A DNA stretch of 64,000 nucleotides, taken from contig NW_003314352.1 of the NCBI RefSeq assembly GCF_000143415.4, positions 240,278 through 304,277 on the forward strand, given 5' to 3'. Position numbers and translations under genes: made by a program. Below, in pieces: positions 59,651 through 64,000 of this stretch (positions within the stretch are counted from its first letter, which is position 1; each line of letters begins with the position of its first letter). The DNA is from Selaginella moellendorffii (taxonomy: Eukaryota > Plantae > Lycopodiophyta). The notes under the pieces are model-generated. The model was given only the letters and a program-made list of their open reading frames with translations, searched no databases and was not told where the DNA came from.

Positions 59651-60479
59651 CTCCCCCTCATAATGCCACCTCAATCTGCATCTCTCAACATTGCTCAATG
59701 CTATGCCTCCACACTCGCCATGCGAATTGGGCTGCACACTACCATTGCACACATGCCAAGCTGAGCAATGCATAGGCTAGATTGCCCCCCGTGCTACACC
59801 CCGTGGGCCAGACCCACATGCCTCATCCATGGCCACGGCAAATGGAGCACTGTTGTTGCCCACAGTGCACCAGAAAGTCAAGAAAGAGTTAATAACAATA
59901 TTTTAGATGGCTTCATTCTACATCCATGCTGAATATGGTAAATCCACCATTACCACCACTGTCATCACCACCGCTACCACTATTGTTGCCATCATTGCTA
60001 TTACCACCACAGTAAAAATAGTGAANNNNNNNNNNNNNNNNNNNNNNNNNNNNNNNNNNNNNNNNNNNNNNNNNNNNNNNNNNNNNNNNNNNNNNNNNNN
60101 NNNNNNNNNNNNNNNNNNNNNNNNNNNNNNNNNNNNNNNNNNNNNNNNNNNNNNNNNNNNNNNNNNNNNNNNNNNNNNNNNNNNNNNNNNNNNNNNNNNN
60201 NNNNNNNNNNNNNNNNNNNNNNNNNNNNNNNNNNNNNNNNNNNNNNNNNNNNNNNNNNNNNNNNNNNNNNNNNNNNNNNNNNNNNNNNNNNNNNNNNNNN
60301 NNNNNNNNNNNNNNNNNNNNNNNNNNNNNNNNNNNNNNNNNNNNNNNNNNNNNNNNNNNNNNNNNNNNNNNNNNNNNNNNNNNNNNNNNNNNNNNNNNNN
60401 NNNNNNNNNNNNNNNNNNATTTTTTTATTAAAAATAAATGGCAAGGGGGGGGGGGGGATGGATAATATCATAGTGTAAG

Positions 60480-61822
60480 AATTATTAGTAGCTAGAACTT
60501 TAAAAGGGTGGCCTAAAAATACCATATTCAACACTTATGGATGTAGTATTTACTAATAGAATATTGTTCCTCACCATAAAAAAATAATGTTTATATGTTC
60601 TTAACTCTTTCTTGATTTTCCTATATATTCATTTATGCACACCTTCCCCACCAGTTCTTAGGCAGTTGTAACAATGTTCTAGAAAAGTTTTTAGACCTAT
60701 GTAGCCTTTCGTCTTATCCAAATAAAAGTAGCATATAGAACACTAAAAATAATATGTGTTCATTATTTCAAAAGTTTCAACCCTATCTAGAGCAAAATCT
60801 TGAAGAAACATCTGCCATCGCTCTTGAAGCACATGAAGCAATCCATCTTTAGTAGCAATATTTAGAATATTATCTGGAAGAGAGATCTTTTGTTCAGTCA
60901 TAGTAGGGGTTACAAAAGGAAGAGCCTCACAATGAATGTTGTGTGGATGGAAAGATGGAATGTTAGTAGAAGTTGGAGATGGAGGTGGAGACTCATATGA
61001 AATATATAGAGGCCAAGTGTGAGTAGCAATAACATTCTCCCTAACCATTCCTACATTTTAAACAAATTAAATTTTCAATGTTAAAAGCATCCCTTATTGA
61101 TAGTTGTCCTAAGAAAAGATCTAAGGGTTCTTGAAAGTTTAAATTGTCAATCTAAAAAATGGGACTTCAGAATTATAAGAGTTTTAGAACCACTTGTATA
61201 TATAATAATGTCTTTATACATGCTAGAATACTATCATTCTCAAAAATATAAAATTCTCCACTTTATTCATAATGAACTAAACTTTTGAAGAAATTGTGTA
61301 TGACTTTCATATTACATTAAAGGGTGACCTAAATATCCCATATTCAACACTCACTAATACAGTGTTCACAAATGGAATATTGTTCTTCACCATGAAATCA
61401 TAATAATTGTGTGTCTTTAATTATTTCTTGATTTTTTTATACATCCATATGTGCACACTCTTGGGCATTTGTGACAATGCTCAATAAACTTTACTAAACC
61501 TATGCAATTATTTATTTTGTTCAAATAAAAGTAGTATATAGGATACCAAAGATAATACATATGTACATCAAGCTCTCTTGCTATATCTAGAGTAAGATCT
61601 TGAAGAGAATGTTAGCATCACTCTTGGAACATTAGAAGTAGTTCAACTCTTTTAACAACATTATAAGGAGGGAATTTTTGTTGAGTTGCACTCGAGGTCG
61701 CAAATGAAAAACCCTCACAACACTCTTTAAAATAAAGAGGAGAATTATTGCATAAAGGTGATGACTATGTTGACTAACATTGACTTGAGCTTAATAGAGC
61801 TCAACTCAAGTTTGGACCTCCA
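60480..61822 (+). mobile_element. Further degenerate copy of the right part of the GAGCTC element
   Basis: Similar to ~54900-55800. Ends gagctcaactcaagtttggacc, like 56712-56733. Confidence 0.6.
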
Positions 61823-62229
61823 TCATTGTTCTCTATCTTCTTCCAACTTAGTAGTTCCATGCACTCCTATTCAAAATGGCAATGAGCCAATGGTATGTAT
61901 GGAGATCAAAAATCAACTACATCTCAACCCGCACTTGCAAATTGATTGGAAGTGGCTGGAGTGTCCAATCTGGAAAATGATAGGGAACAACATAGAGACA
62001 AAGAAAGTAAGATTTGTGGAAGGAAAATAGGAAGGAACAAAATAACTCATCATTTGACTAGCTTGTTTGTGTTCCCGATTGGCATCCCCACATTGACTAA
62101 TTTCTTCATGTTCCCACTTGGGTGCCCCATGCTGATTGATGTATTTGCTTTCCCTATTGGGTGCTCCATGCTAACTGATTTGTTCATGCTCCACTCCCAT
62201 GCTGACTGATTTCTCACCCAAGCATGGTG

Positions 62230-62885
62230 AGAAGAGTTACTCAGGTCAATCAGTGCCATTTCTTGCTGCATTTTCCAAAAGAATCCCATCACAGCCTACC
62301 AAGAAGAATGATCTCCAAGAGATGTGATCATGATGTTCCAAGTTATTGTCTTGAGCTGGTAGCCTCAAAGATCTCCAATGCTGCCTCTAGCTTCCCGTAG
62401 CATCCAAGCCTTCAAGCTTGCATAGGCATTGATGACAATGTTGAGTGTGAGCTTGTTTGGTTTCACACTTTTGACCAGCATCTTGCAGGCAGAGATTTCT
62501 CCTAAGTATGCCACTAGCATGCAGTTCCATGACAAGATGTCGTAAGCTTCCATCTGGGAGCACACTTCTTGCATCTCTCCACCTCACTAATATGTTTACG
62601 AGGCTTGTTCTAATGTTGACATTTGACTTGAGTCCTCTTTCTTGGATCAAATGGTGGAGGATTCCTCCCTTTTGGATGATCCTTGCAAGCTCTCAAGATG
62701 GCCATGAAAGTCATCTTGCTTGGCCTGTCACCCTCAAGATCCATCAGCTCAAACTCTGGCCAATTGCTTGGCAAATTAAGATAACAAAGCAATCATCACT
62801 ATCCACAATTTCATATTTTGAGGCTTGAGTTTGTCCATCACCTTCTAGGCTCCCACACTTCTTATACACTTTAATCAGCATGCTA
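62230..62885 (-). pseudogene. PLS-class pentatricopeptide repeat (PPR) gene relic
   Basis: LIKVYKKCGSLEG, MDLEGDRPSKMTFMAILRAC, GLKSNVNIRTSLVN, DILSWNCMLVAY, VKPNKLTLNIVINAYASL; frameshifted. Confidence 0.75.
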
Positions 62886-64000
62886 ATGTGGTTTTGGAAT
62901 AGCTTTTTATATATTAAGTTTGTGAGTGCTCATGATATAGGAATAGGTATATTAGTTAGGGTTTATACAAGAATGAATGGATCAAATATAGTCCCAAATA
63001 GATGGTCCATATGCTATAGTACTATAATTAATGTATTACTTACCCAGGGTAATACATGTATATATACATATATTTACAAACTTTACACCATCCTCTCCTT
63101 TAAAAAATGAAAAGATGATGGCAATAAGCTAAATGGAACATTTGGAGCTTCTGTTAGGTGATTATGAACTACCACAAGAATTTGAAACTCCCACAAAACC
63201 ACTAATAAAGTTGTTGACAACCATGATTGGAACAAAACCGAAAACTATGGCACAAGCATCAATTGACTATGGAATCTCAATGAATCAATTACAACTCTAT
63301 ATGTAGCAATCAAATGCTCAAACCAACCTCGAAGCCAAAACTTTGAACTAAAGTAAAGAGGCAACATATAAGTACATTACTCCGAGTCCCTTAGGGACTA
63401 ATACAACATTGAGAGCACACTCTCAGAAAAACTAACAAAACCATAAGCACAAATGCCCGGTGCTACTTTAGGCCATCTGCCTCCTAAGTGACTCCACTGC
63501 AAAACTTGAAGCCACTTACTACACTCCATGACCTGCGAGACTTGTTATGGAACGCTCCTACTTCCGGTCCCAAAACAATGTCTAATCACGACAAAGCTCC
63601 AACTTGTACCTTTAAGCAAGGTGTGAACATCCTCCAACTCAAGACTGAAGTATGCTACCTTGCCTCCCATATGAGACAAATGCACTAGTTCATCTTCGAC
63701 TAAGTCCTAGCCCTATAATAAGGACTAGAGAAAAGGCATGAACCTCCTCTTAAAGGAGTGAACTCCAAAGCAGACATTGGAGAGGAGATATATAGATCCT
63801 TACGTGTATAACACTGCATCAACCCCGTTGGCCACTAGCCCCAAATTGTGGTAACAATCTCTATCACTAGAACCAAAAATCCTCCTTTCCCAATCTTCCT
63901 CCAAATGAGACTTTGAGAACTACTACAATCCATGAAATGCCATTACAACAAAAAATACATCATACATTTAAGTCTATTTATTAATAATCCTCTGAGACCA

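Noticed and set aside
59907-60534. ORFs spanning the N gap
   Set aside because: Artefacts of the gap and a short (acc)n-like tract.
63100-64000. Possible retroelement fragment
   Set aside because: No recognisable motif or boundary.

Overview
Plant nuclear DNA, almost entirely nested transposable elements. A lycophyte such as Selaginella is my inference, from the ~50-bp introns and the PLS-type PPR relic. (1) There are two oppositely oriented copies of a large cut-and-paste DNA transposon. The complete copy is 34645-47506 (12.86 kb, ~24-bp TIRs, 4-bp TSD GATT). The second copy runs from before base 1 to 9949. The element encodes a Sola1/DUF7869-like DDD transposase. Divergently, it encodes a multi-exon cargo gene that splices into one long protein: ParB/Srx-like domain + degenerate N4/N6 DNA-methyltransferase-like domain + acidic linker + FCP1/NIF-like HAD domain. 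It also carries about 20 copies of a 22-bp palindrome, many inside its own introns. This is the best candidate for an undescribed system. (2) A four-level Ty3/gypsy nest spans 9950-33400: an old degraded element > chromovirus A (11730-31549, TSD CTCGA) > same-family inverted deletion derivative B (14397-27351, 43-bp target duplication) > non-chromovirus C (18402-25590, TSD TCCAC, tandem protease domains). (3) A decayed Mutator-like element with GCM-like, DDE and SWIM domains hosts the complete Sola-like copy. It also hosts a 6.9-kb non-coding insert (9-bp TSD) containing a 96-bp hairpin minisatellite. (4) A PPR pseudogene lies near the right end. Three assembly gaps limit interpretation. All domain calls are by-eye motif recognition; no searches were run.
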